In this document: one piece after another, positions 12,001 to 23,772 of the stretch
Position numbering within the stretch: the stretch's first letter is position 1
Layout: the number at the start of each line of letters is the position of its first letter
NCBI GenBank assembly: GCA_965240325.2
Contig: OZ251238.1
Coordinates: forward strand, 62,001 to 126,000
Reading direction: 5' to 3'
DNA: 64,000 nt
Source: Rebecca billardiae RCC1528
Lineage: Eukaryota > Protista > Haptophyta
The notes under the pieces: generated by a model
Database searches by the model: none
The model's input: only the letters and a program-made list of their open reading frames with translations
Told to the model about the DNA's origin: nothing
Position numbers and translations under genes: made by a program

Positions 12001-15000
12001 GCGCCACCACCGCCACCACGCGGCCTGCCGTTCCCGCCGCCCAGCCCGCCCGCGCCTCCGCCCAGCCCGCCTCCGGGCGCGCCGCCCAGCCCGCCGCCCC
12101 TGCCGCCGCCGTCGCCTCCGCCCGTGCCGCCGCCGTCGCCTCCGCCGAGCCCGCCGCCTCCCACGCCGCCGCCGTCGCCGCCACCATCACCGCCGCCCTC
12201 GCCACCGCCCTCGCCGCCGCCGAGCCCGCCACCGCCGCTGCCCGCGCCGCCGCCCTCACCACCTCCCTCACCGCCGCCCTCACCGCCGCCCTCGCCGCCG
12301 CCTGCGCCGCCACCCTCGCCGCCACCCACTCCGCCGCCTTCTCCACCGCCGGCTCCGCCGCCGAGCCCGCCGCCGTCGCCGCCCCCGGCGACGCCGTCGC
12401 CACCGCCGTCGCCGCCACCCGCGCCGCCGCCGTCGCCGCCGCCCAGCCCACCACCCTCGCCGCCTCCGAGCCCACCGCTGCCACCGCCATCGCCGCCGCC
12501 AAGCCCGCCGCCACCGCTGCCGCCGCCCACGCCACCGCCATCTCCGCCGCCGGCTCCGCCACCGAGCCCGCCGCCGTCGCCGCCCCCGGCGACGCCGTCG
12601 CCACCGCCGTCGCCGCCACCTGCGCCGCCGCCGTCGCCGCCGCCCAGCCCACCGCCCTCGCCGCCTCCGAGCCCACCGCAGCCACCGCCATCGCTGCCGC
12701 CAAGCCCGCCGCCGCCGCTGCCGCAGCCCACGCCACCGCCCTCGCCGCCGCCAAGCCCGCCGCCGAGCCCGCCGCCGGCGCCACCACCGCCACCACGCGG
12801 CCTGCCGTTCCCGCCGCCCAGCCCGCCCGCGCCTCCGCCCAGCCCGCCTCCGGGCGCGCCGCCCAGCCCGCCGCCCCTGCCGCCGCCGTCGCCTCCGCCC
12901 GTGCCGCCGCCGTCGCCTCCGCCGAGCCCGCCGCCTCCTACGCCGCCGCCGTCGCCGCCACCATCACCGCCGCCCTCTCCACCGCCCTCGCCGCCGCCGA
13001 GCCCGCCACCGCCGCTGCCCGCGCCGCCGCCGTCGCCGCCGCCCTCACCGCCGCCCTCACCGCCGCCCTCGCCGCCGCCTGCGCCGCCACCCTCGCAGCC
13101 ACCCACTCCGCCGCCTTCTCCGCCGCCGGCTCCGCCGCCGAGCCCGCCGCCGTCGCCGCCCCCGGCGACGCCGTCGCCACCGCCGTCGCCGCCACCCGCG
13201 CCGCCGCCGTCGCCGCCGCCCAGCCCACCGCCGTCGCCGCCTCCGAGCCCACCGCGGCCACCGCCATCGCCGCCGCCAAGCCCGCCGCCGCCGCTGCCGC
13301 CGCCCACGCCACCGCCCTCGCCGCCGCCAAGCCCGCCGCCGAGCCCGCCGCCGGCGCCACCACCGCCACCACGCGGCCTGCCGTTCCCGCCGCCCAGCCC
13401 GCCCGCGCCTCCGCCCAGCCCGCCTCCGGGCGCGCCGCCCAGCCCGCCGCCCCTGCCGCCGCCGTCGCCTCCGCCCGTGCCGCCGCGGTCGCCTCCGCCG
13501 AGCCCGCCGCCTCCTACGCCGCCGCCGTCGCCGCCACCATCACCGCCGCCCTCGCCACCGCCCTCGCCGCCGCCGAGCCCGCCACCGCCGCTGCCCGCGC
13601 CGCCGCCCTCACCACCGCCCTCACCACCGCCCTCACCGCCGCCCTCGCCGCCGCCTGCGCCGCCACCCTCGCCGCCACCCACTCCGCCGCCTTCTCCGCC
13701 GCCGGCTCCGCCGCCGAGCCCGCCGCCGTCGCCGCCCCCGGCGACGCCGTCGCCACCGCCGTCGCCGCCACCCGCGCCGCCGCCGTCGCCGCCGCCCAGC
13801 CCACCGCCGTCGCCGCCTCCGAGCCCACCGTTGCCACCGCCATCGCCGCCGCCAAGCCCGCCGCCACCGCTGCCGCCGCCCACGCCGCCGCCATCTCCGC
13901 CGCCGGCTCCGCCGCCGAGCCCGCCGCCGTCGCCGCCCCCGGCGACGCCGTCGCCACCGCCGTCGCCGCCACCTGCGCCGCCGCCGTCGCCGCCGCCCAG
14001 CCCACCGCCCTCGCCGCCTCCGAGCCCACCGCTGCCACCGCCATCGCCGCCGCCAAGCCCGCCGCCGCCGCTGCCGCCGCCCACGCCGCCGCCCTCGCCG
14101 CCGCCAAGCCCGCCGCCGAGCCCGCCGCCGGCGCCACCACCGCCACCACGCGGCCTGCCGTTCCCGCCGCCCAGCCCGCCCGCGCCTCCGCCCAGCCCGC
14201 CTCCGGGCGCGCCGCCCGGCCCGCCGCCCCTGCCGCCGCCATCGCCTCCGCCCGTGCCGCCGCCGTCGCCTCCGCCGAGCCCGCCGCCTCCTACGCCGCC
14301 GCCGTCGCCGCCACCATCGCCGCCGCCCTCGCCACCGCCCTCGCCGCCGCCGAGCCCGCCACCGCCGCTGCCCGCGCCGCCGCCCTCACCACCGCCCTCA
14401 CCGCCGCCCTCACCGCCGCCCTCGCCGCCGCCTGCGCCGGCACCCTCGCCGCCACCCACTCCGCCGCCTTCTCCGCCGCCGGCTCCGCCGCCGAGCCCGC
14501 CGCCGTCGCCGCCCCCGGCGACGCCGTCGCCACCGCCGTCGCCGCCACCCGCGCCGCCGCCGTCGCCGCCGCCCAGCCCACCGCCGTCGCCGCCTCCGAG
14601 CCCACCGTTGCCACCGCCATCGCCGCCGCCAAGCCCGCCACCGCCGCTGCCTCCGCCTACGCCGCCGCCCTCGCCGCCGCCAAGCCCGCCGCCGACGCCG
14701 CCGGCGCCACCACCGCCACCACGCGGCCTGCCGTTCCCGCCGCCCAGCCCGCCCGCGCCTCCGCCCAGCCCGCCTCCGGGCGCGCCGCCCAGCCCGCCGC
14801 CCCTGCCGCCGCCGTCGCCTCCGCCCGTGCCGCCGCCGTCGCCTCCGCCGAGCCCGCCGCCTCCTACGCCGCCGCCGTCGCCGCCACCATCGCCGCCGCC
14901 CTCGCCACCGCCCTCGCCGCCGCCGAGCCCGCCACCGCCGCTGCCCGCGCCGCCGCCCTCACCACCGCCCTCACCGCCGCCCTCACCGCCGCCCTCGCCG

Positions 15001-18000
15001 CCGCCTGCGCCGGCACCCTCGCCGCCACCCACTCCGCCGCCTTCTCCGCCGCCGGCTCCGCCGCCGAGCCCGCCGCCGTCGCCGCCCCCGGCGACGCCGT
15101 CGCCACCGCCGTCGCCGCCACCTGCGCCGCCGCCGTCGCCGCCGCCCAGCCCACCGCCGTCGCCACCTCCGAGCCCACCGCTGCCAGCGCCATCGCCGCC
15201 GCCAAGCCCGCCGCCACCGCTGCCGCCGCCCACGCCGCCGCCATCTCCGCCGCCGGCTCCGCCGCCGAGCCCGCCGCCGTCGCCGCCCCCGGCGACGCCG
15301 TCGCCACCGCCGTCGCCGCCACCTGCGCCGCCGCCGTCGCCGCCGCCCAGCCCACCGCCCTCGCCGCCTCCGAGCCCACCGCTGCCACCGCCATCGCCGC
15401 CGCCAAGCCCGCCGCCGCCGCTGCCGCCGCCCACGCCGCCGCCCTCGCCGCCGCCCAGCCCGCCGCCGAGCCCGCCGCCGGCGCCACCACCGCCACCACG
15501 CGGCCTGCCGTTCCCGCCGCCCAGCCCGCCCGCGCCTCCGCCCAGCCCGCCTCCGGGCGCGCCGCCCAGCCTGCCGCCCCTGCCGCCGCCGTCGCCACCG
15601 CCCGTGCCGCCGCCGTCGCCACCGCCGAGCCCGCCGCCGCCTACGCCGCCGCCGTCGCCGCCACCATCGCCGCCGCCCTCACCACCGCCCTCGCCGCCGC
15701 CGAGCCCGCCACCGCCGCTGCCCGCGCCGCCGCCGTCGCCGCCGCCCTCACCGCCGCCCTCACCGCCGCCCTCGCCGCCGCCTGCGCCGCCACCCTCGCC
15801 GCCACCCACTCCGCCGCCTTCTCCGCCGCCGGCTCCGCCGCCGAGCCCGCCGCCGTCGCCGCCCCCGGCGACGCCGTCGCCACCGCCGTCGCCGCCACCC
15901 GCGCCGCCGCCGTCGCCGCCGCCCAGCCCACCGCCCTCGCCGCCTCCGAGCCCACCGCAGCCACCGCCATCGCCGCCGCCAAGCCCGGCGCCGCCGCTGC
16001 CGCCGCCCACGCCACCGCCCTCGCCGCCGCCAAGCCCGCCGCCGAGCCCGCCGCCGGCGCCACCACCGCCACCACGCGGCCTGCCGTTCCCGCCGCCCAG
16101 CCCGCCCGTGCCTCCGCCCAGCCCGCCTCCGGGCGCGCCGCCCAGCCCGCCGCCCCTGCCGCCGCCGTCGCCTCCGCCCGTGCCGCCGCCGTCGCCTCCG
16201 CCGAGCCCGCCGCCTCCTACGCCGCCGCCGTCGCCGCCACCATCGCCGCCGCCCTCGCCACCGCCCTCGCCGCCACCGAGCCCGCCACCGCCGCTGCCCG
16301 CGCCGCCGCCGTCGCCGCCGCCCTCACCGCCGCCGTCGCCGCCGCCCTCGCCGCCGCCTGCGCTGCCACCCTCGCCGCCACCCACTCCGCCGCCATCTCC
16401 GCCGCCGGCTCCGCCGCCGAGCCCGCCGCCGTCGCCGCCCCCGGCGACGCCGTCGCCACCGCCGTCGCCGCCACCTGCGCCGCCGCCGTCGCCGCCGCCC
16501 AGCCCACCGCCCTCGCCGCCTCCGAGCCCACCGCTGCCACCGCCATCGCCGCCGCCAAGCCCGCCGCCGCCGCTGCCGCCGCCCACGCCGCCGCCCTCGC
16601 CGCCGCCCAGCCCGCCGCCGAGCCCGCCGCCGGCGCCACCACCGCCACCACGCGGCCTGCCGTTCCCGCCGCCCAGCCCGCCCGCGCCTCCGCCCAGCCC
16701 GCCTCCGGGCGCGCCGCCCAGCCTGCCGCCCCTGCCGCCGCCGTCGCCACCGCCCGTGCCGCCGCCGTCGCCACCGCCGAGCCCGCCGCCGCCTACGCCG
16801 CCGCCGTCGCCGCCACCATCGCCGCCGCCCTCACCACCGCCCTCGCCGCCGCCGAGCCCGCCACCGCCGCTGCCCGCGCCGCCGCCCTCACCACCGCCCT
16901 CACCGCCGCCCTCACCGCCGCCCTCGCCGCCGCCTGCGCCGGCACCCTCGCCGCCACCCACTCCGCCGCCTTCTCCGCCGCCGGCTCCGCCGCCGAGCCC
17001 GCCGCCGTCGCCGCCCCCGGCGACGCCGTCGCCACCGCCGTCGCCGCCACCTGCGCCGCCGCCGTCGCCGCCGCCCAGCCCACCGCCGTCGCCACCTCCG
17101 AGCCCACCGCTGCCACCGCCATCGCCGCCGCCAAGCCCGCCGCCACCGCTGCCGCCGCCCACGCCGCCGCCATCTCCGCCGCCGGCTCCGCCGCCGAGCC
17201 CGCCGCCGTCGCCGCCCCCGGCGACGCCGTCGCCACCGCCGTCGCCGCCACCTGCGCCGCCGCCGTCGCCGCCGCCCAGCCCACCGCCCTCGCCGCCTCC
17301 GAGCCCACCGCTGCCACCGCCATCGCCGCCGCCAAGCCCGCCGCCGCCGCTGCCGCCGCCCACGCCGCCGCCCTCGCCGCCGCCCAGCCCGCCGCCGAGC
17401 CCGCCGCCGGCGCCACCACCGCCACCACGCGGCCTGCCGTTCCCGCCGCCCAGCCCGCCCGCGCCTCCGCCCAGCCCGCCTCCGGGCGCGCCGCCCAGCC
17501 TGCCGCCCCTGCCGCCGCCGTCGCCTCCGCCCGTGCCGCCGCCGTCGCCTCCGCCGAGCCCGCCGCCTCCTACGCCGCCGCCGTCGCCGCCACCATCGCC
17601 GCCGCCCTCGCCACCGCCCTCGCCGCCACCGAGCCCGCCACCGCCGCTGCCCGCGCCGCCGCCGTCGCCGCCGCCCTCACCGCCGCCGTCGCCGCCGCCC
17701 TCGCCGCCGCCTGCGCTGCCACCCTCGCCGCCACCCACTCCGCCGCCATCTCCGCCGCCGGCTCCGCCGCCGAGCCCGCCGCCGTCGCCGCCCCCTGCGA
17801 CGCCGTCGCCACCGCCGTCGCCGCCACCTGCGCCGCCGCCATCGCCGCCGCCCAGCCCACCGCCCTCGCCGCCTCCGAGCCCACCGCAGCCACCGCCATC
17901 GCCGCCGCCAAGCCCGGCGCCGCCGCTGCCGCCGCCCACGCCACCGCCCTCGCCGCCGCCAAGCCCGCCGCCGAGCCCGCCGCCGGCGCCACCACCGCCA

Positions 18001-21000
18001 CCACGCGGCCTGCCGTTCCCGCCGCCCAGCCCGCCCGCGCCTCCGCCCAGCCCGCCTCCGGGCGCGCCGCCCAGCCCGCCGCCCCTGCCGCCGCCGTCGC
18101 CTCCGCCCGTGCCGCCGCCGTCGCCTCCGCCGAGCCCGCCGCCTCCTACGCCGCGGCCGTCGCCGCCACCATCGCCGCCGCCCTCGCCACCGCCCTCGCC
18201 GCCGCCGAGCCCGCCACCGCCGCTGCCCGCGCCGCCGCCCTCACCACCGCCCTCACCGCCGCCCTCACCGCCGCCCTCGCCGCCGCCTGCGCCGGCACCC
18301 TCGCCGCCACCCACTCCGCCGCCTTCTCCGCCGCCGGCTCCGCCGCCGAGCCCGCCGCCGTCGCCGCCCCCGGCGACGCCGTCGCCACCGCCGTCGCCGC
18401 CACCCGCGCCGCCGCCGTCGCCGCCGCCCAGCCCACCGCCCTCGCCGCCTCCGAGCCCACCGTTGCCACCGCCATCGCCGCCGCCAAGCCCGCCGCCGCC
18501 GCTGCCGCCGCCCACGCCGCCGCCCTCGCCGCCGCCAAGCCCGCCGCCGAGCCCGCCGCCGGCGCCACCACCGCCACCACGCGGCCTGCCGTTCCCGCCG
18601 CCCAGCCCGCCCGCGCCTCCGCCCAGCCCGCCCCCGGGCGCGCCGCCCAGCCCGCCGCCCCTGCCGCCACCATCGCCTCTGCCCGTGCCGCCGCCCTCGC
18701 CGCCGCCCTCGCCTCCGCCCTCGCCACCGCCTGGCCTGCCGCCGGTGCCGCCGCCGAGCCCACCGCCGGCGCCGCTGCCGGCGCCGCCTCCCAGCCCGCC
18801 GCCGAGCCCGCCGCCCTCACCGCCGCCGAGCCCACCGCCCTCCCCACCGCCCACGCCGCCGCCTCCGCCGCGGGCGCAGCCATTCGCGCCGCCCAGCCCG
18901 CCTGCGCCGCCCCCTAGCCCGCCGCCAACGCAGCCGCCGTCGCCGCCGCCGAGCTCACCGCCGCCGGCACGACCGCCTGCACCGCCGCCTTCGCCGCCGC
19001 CCCGCTCGCCTCCGAGCCCCCCGCCTGCCCCGCCGCCAGCGCCGCCACCGTCCCCTTCGCCTGGCCCGCCGCCGAGGCCGCCGCCCGCAGCGCCGCCCTC
19101 GCCGCCGCCGACGGCATCGCCGTCCCCGCCGCCCTGGCCGCCGCCGGGGCCGCCGCCGAGCCCGCCGCCCGCCGCGCCACCGCCCTCGCCAACGCCCTCG
19201 CCACCGCCGGTGCCTCCGCCGCCGCCGCGCGCCGAGCCGTTCCCGCCGCCGAGCCCGCCTGCGCCGCTGCCCAGCCCACCGCCATCGCCACCGCCGGCAC
19301 CTCCGCCGAGCCCGCCGCCGCCCGCGCCGCCGCCTTTGCCGCCGCCGGGCCCGCCGCCGCTTCCGCCGCCGAGCCCGCCACCCTCACCGCCGCCGAGCCC
19401 GCTGCCGTCGCCCCCGCCCTCGCCGCCGCCAGCGCCCCCGCCGGCGCCGCCGCCGAGCCCGCCTCCATCGCCACCGCCATCGCCGCCACCGGCAGCCTCG
19501 CCCCTGCCACCACCGTCCCCGCCGCCATCGCCACCGCCGAGCCCGCCGCCGGGCGCGCCGCCGGGCCCGCCACCGCCGCCGCGCCCGCCGCCCTCGCCGC
19601 CGCCGCGCCCGCCGCCCTCGCCGCCGCCGCGCGCGCCGCCCGCGCCACCGCCGCCGCCCGCGCCGCCGCCCGCGCGGCCGCCGCGCCCGCCGCCCTCGCC
19701 GCCGCCGCTCGCGCGGCCGCCGCCGCGCGCGCCGCCGAGCGCGCCGCCCTCGCCACCGCCCTCGCCGCCGCCGAGCCCGCCGCCGAGCCCGCTGCCCAGC
19801 CCGCCGCCCTCGCCGCCGCCGAGCCCGCCGCCGCGCGCGCCGCCCGCGCCGCCGCCGTCGCCGCCGCCGCCGCTGCCGCCGCCGTCGCCGCCGCCGCCGC
19901 CGCGCACCGAGCCGTTCCCGCCGCCCTCGCCGCCCTCGCCGCCGCCCTCGCGCCCGCCCTCGCCGCCGCCCTCGCCGCCGCCGCCCTCGCCGCCGCCCTC
20001 CCCGCCGCCCGTCCGCTCCGCGCGCGGCCGCGCGTACGACGGCTACCTCTCGGCCTGCGCCGTGTACGCCGACCTGGACGGCGACGGCGCGCACGACGCC
20101 GCGGCCGAGCCGTGGGCGCTCACCGACGCGGAGGGCGCGTACGAGCTGCTGCCGCTGGCGGGGAGCGGCGTGGGCGTGGCGGAGTGGAACGCGCTGCTCG
20201 CGAGCGCGCACGTGCGGCTGCTCCCCGCCGCCGACGCCGTCGCCGCCGGCCTCGTGAGCGCGCAGGCGGGCGCGCCGTGCATCGACGCCGCCTCGTCGCT
20301 GCCGCTCGCCGCGCCGCTGGCCGGCGCCGCCGCCGGCTCCGTGCTCTCGCCGCTCACGACGATGCGGCTCGAGCTCGCGGCGCGGCTGGGCGGGAACGTG
20401 AGCGCGGCGGACGGCGTGCTCGAGTCCGCGCTCGGCCTCTCCGGCGAGCTCTCCCGCGTGGGCTCGTCCCTGGGCGAGTTCGACCCGTACGGCACGCTGG
20501 CGGCGGGGGAGGGCGGAGCCGGGGGCGGCACAGCGTGGGGCGTGCGCGCGCGCGTGTCCAGGCTGGTGATCGCGCGCGTGGTGCAGCTCGCGAGCCTGGT
20601 GGAGCACGTCGCCACGTTCGTCGACGGCGTGCGCGCCTCGGACGCCGCCCTCATCGCCCCCGCCGAGTCGGGCGCCGCCTCGAGCGTCTCGCAGATCGGG
20701 CGTCGCTCGTACGGCCGACTGGCCGAGCTGCTGCTGCTGCCGCCCACAGAGGAGGGCGGCGAGGGCGGCGGGGCGGGGAACGGGACGGAGCCGAGCGAAG
20801 CGGAGGGCGGCGCCACGCGCCTCTCCGCGCAGAGCACGCCGCGCGCGCTGATCACCACCTTCCTCTCCGCCAGCCCGCCCGCGGGCAGCGCGGCGCGCGC
20901 GGCGCTGGCTGCCTCGCGCGCGCAGGCGGCTGCCGCGCTGATCGCCGGCGTGGGCGGCACTCTCGAGGCGCTCGCCGTGGCGGAGGCGGCGTTCGGCGGG

Positions 21001-21573
21001 CCCGAGGCGGCGGGGCTGAGCGACTACGCCTCCGCCATCGCCACCATCGGCTCCGTCGCCCGCGCCGCGCAGTCCGACGGCTCGCTGGCCTCGGCCGCGT
21101 TCGCCAACCTGAGCGCCGCCGAGGGCGCGCTGCCCAACAGCAGCGCGCTGCTGGCGCAGCTGGGAGGCGTGGTGGCCTCGGCCAACCGCGCGCTGCGGAG
21201 GGAGTCGCCGCCGCCCGCGCCGCCCAGCGCGCCGCCGCCGCCGCCGCCGCCCGCGCCGCCCGGCCCCGAGCCCGCCGCCGCCGCCGTCGTCACCCCGGGC
21301 AGCGCCGTCTCCGCCGTGAGCGTCGAGGCGGCCGCGCTGCCGCCGAGCGCGGCGCTGGCGCTGGCGCTGGGCGGCACATGCTGCGGCGCGTGCGCGCTCT
21401 TCGGCTGCGTGCTCGCGCTGCGCCGGCGGAAGGCGGCGCGCAAGGCGAGGACCGAGGTGCTGCCCGATGCCGCCGCCGGCGCCGAGGCCGCGCCCACCGA
21501 CGCCGCGCTCTCGCCGCCCCGGCGGCTGCTCGGCGCGCAGCCGAGTGCCGCGGCCGCCGCGCCGCCCGGCACG

Positions 21574-21622
<49 letters not shown>

Positions 21623-23454
21623 ACGGCGCGCAGCGGGCGTCGCCCCGCAGGCCGCCCGCCGCCGCCGCCACCCCCGCGGCGTCGTCGCCGGGGCGTCTGG
21701 CGCGCGCGCTGCGCGGCACGCCCGCGCTCGCGCCCATCCACGCGGAGGAGTGCGCACGCACGCCGAGCGCACACGCACCAACCGTGCGCGGCGGCGCGGG
21801 CGCGCCGCCGGCCGCGTCGCGCAGCCGCTCGACCGCCGAGCTCGAGCGCGCGGAGGCGGCGCTGGGCGGGGCGGAGGGGCTGGAGGCGGAGGCGCTCGAG
21901 CCCACCGAGCAGCGCGCGTGCGCCGACCGCGTGCTCCCCCGCCGCACCGCCGCCGCCACCGCCGCCACCGCCCTGCCCTCGCCTCCGCAGCTGCTGTCCG
22001 ACGCGCGCGCCCGCGCCGCCGCCTCGCTCGCGGCGCGCGAGTCCGCCAACCTCGCCGCGCTCGCGTCGCAGCGGCGCGCGGAGGACGCCGCGCGCGCGGC
22101 GGCGGCGGGGACGAGCGTGCACGACGCGCCCGCCTTCAAGCCCAGCGCCGACGGCCTCAACCGCTCGCGCGCGCGCGCGCCGCCCGCGTGGGGCGAGGAG
22201 GGCGCGCGCCGCGGCCGCGTGCGCGCGCCCTCGCCCGCGGCGCGCGCGCACGCGAATCGCGCGAGCTCGCTCGTGCACGCGGGGGCGCAGCAGCGGCAGC
22301 AGCAGCGGCAGCAGCAGCAGCAGCAGGCGCAGCAGCAGCAGGCGCAGCAGGGCGGTGCCGCGGGGATGCGCTCGCGCTCCGCCTCGCCGCCACGCCGCAC
22401 GCCCACGCCCACCGCCACCGGCGGCGGCGGCGGCGGCGCGGCGGGCGGCGGGCGCGGCGGCGGTGCTCGCGCCTCGTCTGTGGGCGGCGCGCCGCGCGCC
22501 GCCGACTCCAAGCGCGCCGCCGCGGCGCTCAGCGCCAGCGAGCGCGCCGCGCGCACCGAGCGGCTGCGTGCGGCGCTCGGCGCGCACGAGCAGCGCCGGC
22601 GCCAGGGCCGCCACGCCGCCACGCCGCACCAGCCGCCGCCGCCGCAACCGTCGCAACCGCCGCCGCCGCCGCCGCCGCCGCCCGAGCGCGCGCGCTCGGT
22701 CGAGCCGGCCGCGCGCGCGGCCGCGCGCGCGCCCGCCGACGGGAGCGCGCCGCGGCCGAGCACGGCGGGCGACGGCAACGCCGGCAGCACCGTGTCGACC
22801 ACGCCCGGCTTCGGCCTCGCGCTTGCGCCGCGCTCGCTCGAGCGCGACTTTGTGCGCAGCGCGGCGCACGCGCCCGCAGGCGCGCTGCGCAGCCGCGCGC
22901 CGCCGCCCGCGGGCGCGCTGCGCGGCGCGGCGCGTGCCGCCGCGCCGCCGCCGCCGCCCGCGCCGGGCAGCCTCGAAGGGCCGCAGCCGGCGCAGGAGGC
23001 GCCAAGTAGCTCGGCCGTGCGGCGCGCGCGCGCGCTGCGAGCCCTCGCCGCCGCCGAGGCCGAGTTCGCCGCCGCCGAGGACGGCGCGGACGGCGCGGAC
23101 GGCGGCGGCGCGTCTGCGGGCGGCGCGGGCGGCGGCGGCCTGCCGTCGGCCGCGCGCAGGCGGCGCTCCCGCCCCGAGCCGCCGCACTCCGAGACGGCGC
23201 TCGGCGGCGTGAGCGGTGGGAGCACGGCGCCGCCGCCGCCAGCCGGCGCTGGCGCCGCGCCCGGCGAGGACGCGCCGTCTGGCCGGGTCCGGCTGCAGAA
23301 CCGGCCGCCGCCGCCGATGCGGCACGGCTCCAGCCGGCGCGCGCGTGCGCTGCAGCGCGCCTGGGCGCCCGCCGCCGCGGCCGAGCGCGACGGGTCGGCG
23401 CCGCCGCCACCGCCGCCGCCGGCCGACGGTGCTGCGCCGCCGCCGCGACAGTAG
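1..23454 (+). CDS. Giant extensin/pherophorin-like Pro-rich (SPPP) type I membrane glycoprotein, 5'-truncated by the window (at least 7,817 aa)
   Basis: Frame 1 reads PSPAPAASPLPPPS from base 1 and is continuous with track ORF 2194..23454, whose TTG start is only an internal Leu. SPPP repeats run to 20010, then a globular region, a hydrophobic helix followed by RRRK, a low-complexity tail and TAG at 23452-23454. Confidence 0.85.
9061..18720 (+). repeat. Coding tandem array B: about 16 copies of a 576-bp (192-aa) unit marked by PPRGLPF, with 777-bp variants
   Basis: The RGLPF marker occurs at about 9133, 9715, 10291, 10867, 11443, 12019, 12796, 13372, 14149, 14722, 15499, 16075, 16651, 17428, 18004 and 18580. 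Spacing is mostly 576, four times 777 (576+201), once 573 and once 582. Confidence 0.9.
20011..21200 (+). other. Extracellular globular region of the giant protein, with a bacterial surface-protein-like (SdrD B/Cna-B-like) module and a DxDxDG Ca-binding loop
   Basis: GRAYDGYLSACAVYADLDGDGAHDAAAEPWALTDAEGAYEL followed by LSPLTT resembles the DGY..GA.VF.D.N.NG..D..EP...TD..G.F / TPLTT pattern of bacterial secreted proteins (recognised by eye). Confidence 0.6.
21349..21420 (+). other. Predicted transmembrane helix of the giant protein
   Basis: The 24-aa uncharged stretch AALALALGGTCCGACALFGCVLAL is immediately followed by RRRKAARK (positive-inside rule). Confidence 0.75.
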
Positions 23455-23574
23455 GCGTGGTCCGGGCGGCGTGCCCGCGCGCGTGCCGCCGCTCCGCGCG
23501 GCACGGCCGCGAGCGTCGTCGAGCGCGCTGATGCCGCGCCGCCGCGTGGCGCCATGGCCGGACCAAGGAAGAGC

Positions 23575-23710
23575 GCCATGAATATTAAATCAATAACTTC
23601 GAAAAATAATAGCCAGACTCTCCGTAGGTCCGGAACGGGTTTACCCGGAGCGATAGATAGCACTACGCTTACGCCGGTACGACGACGCGCTGCTAGCTTA
23701 TTCAAACGCG
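23575..23710 (+). promoter_or_regulatory. AT-enriched island upstream of the SEL1/MYND gene (probable promoter or 3'-end region)
   Basis: Abrupt drop in GC (ATGAATATTAAATCAATAACTTCGAAAAATAATAG) between two GC-rich CDSs. Confidence 0.4.
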
Positions 23711-23772
23711 CCGGGCCAACGGTCGCCTCGCGCGCTCGCTTCACCTCACCTGTTCGTAGTCGCAGCTCGACG

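Noticed and set aside
1-18720. Regularly spaced repeats as a possible CRISPR array or satellite
   Set aside because: No unique spacers and no cas genes. Unit lengths are multiples of 3 within an open frame, and the context is eukaryotic.
6660-19907. 4,415-aa Gly-rich antisense ORF and the many Ala-rich antisense ORFs over 557-19756
   Set aside because: Automatic complements of Pro (CCN) codon runs. They have no unique domain, and the sense frame has a coherent domain-TM-tail architecture.
23554-23772. N-terminal extension of the SEL1 protein from ATG 23554
   Set aside because: It crosses AT-rich intergenic-like DNA with atypical codons; ATG 23773 begins the GC3-rich coding signal.
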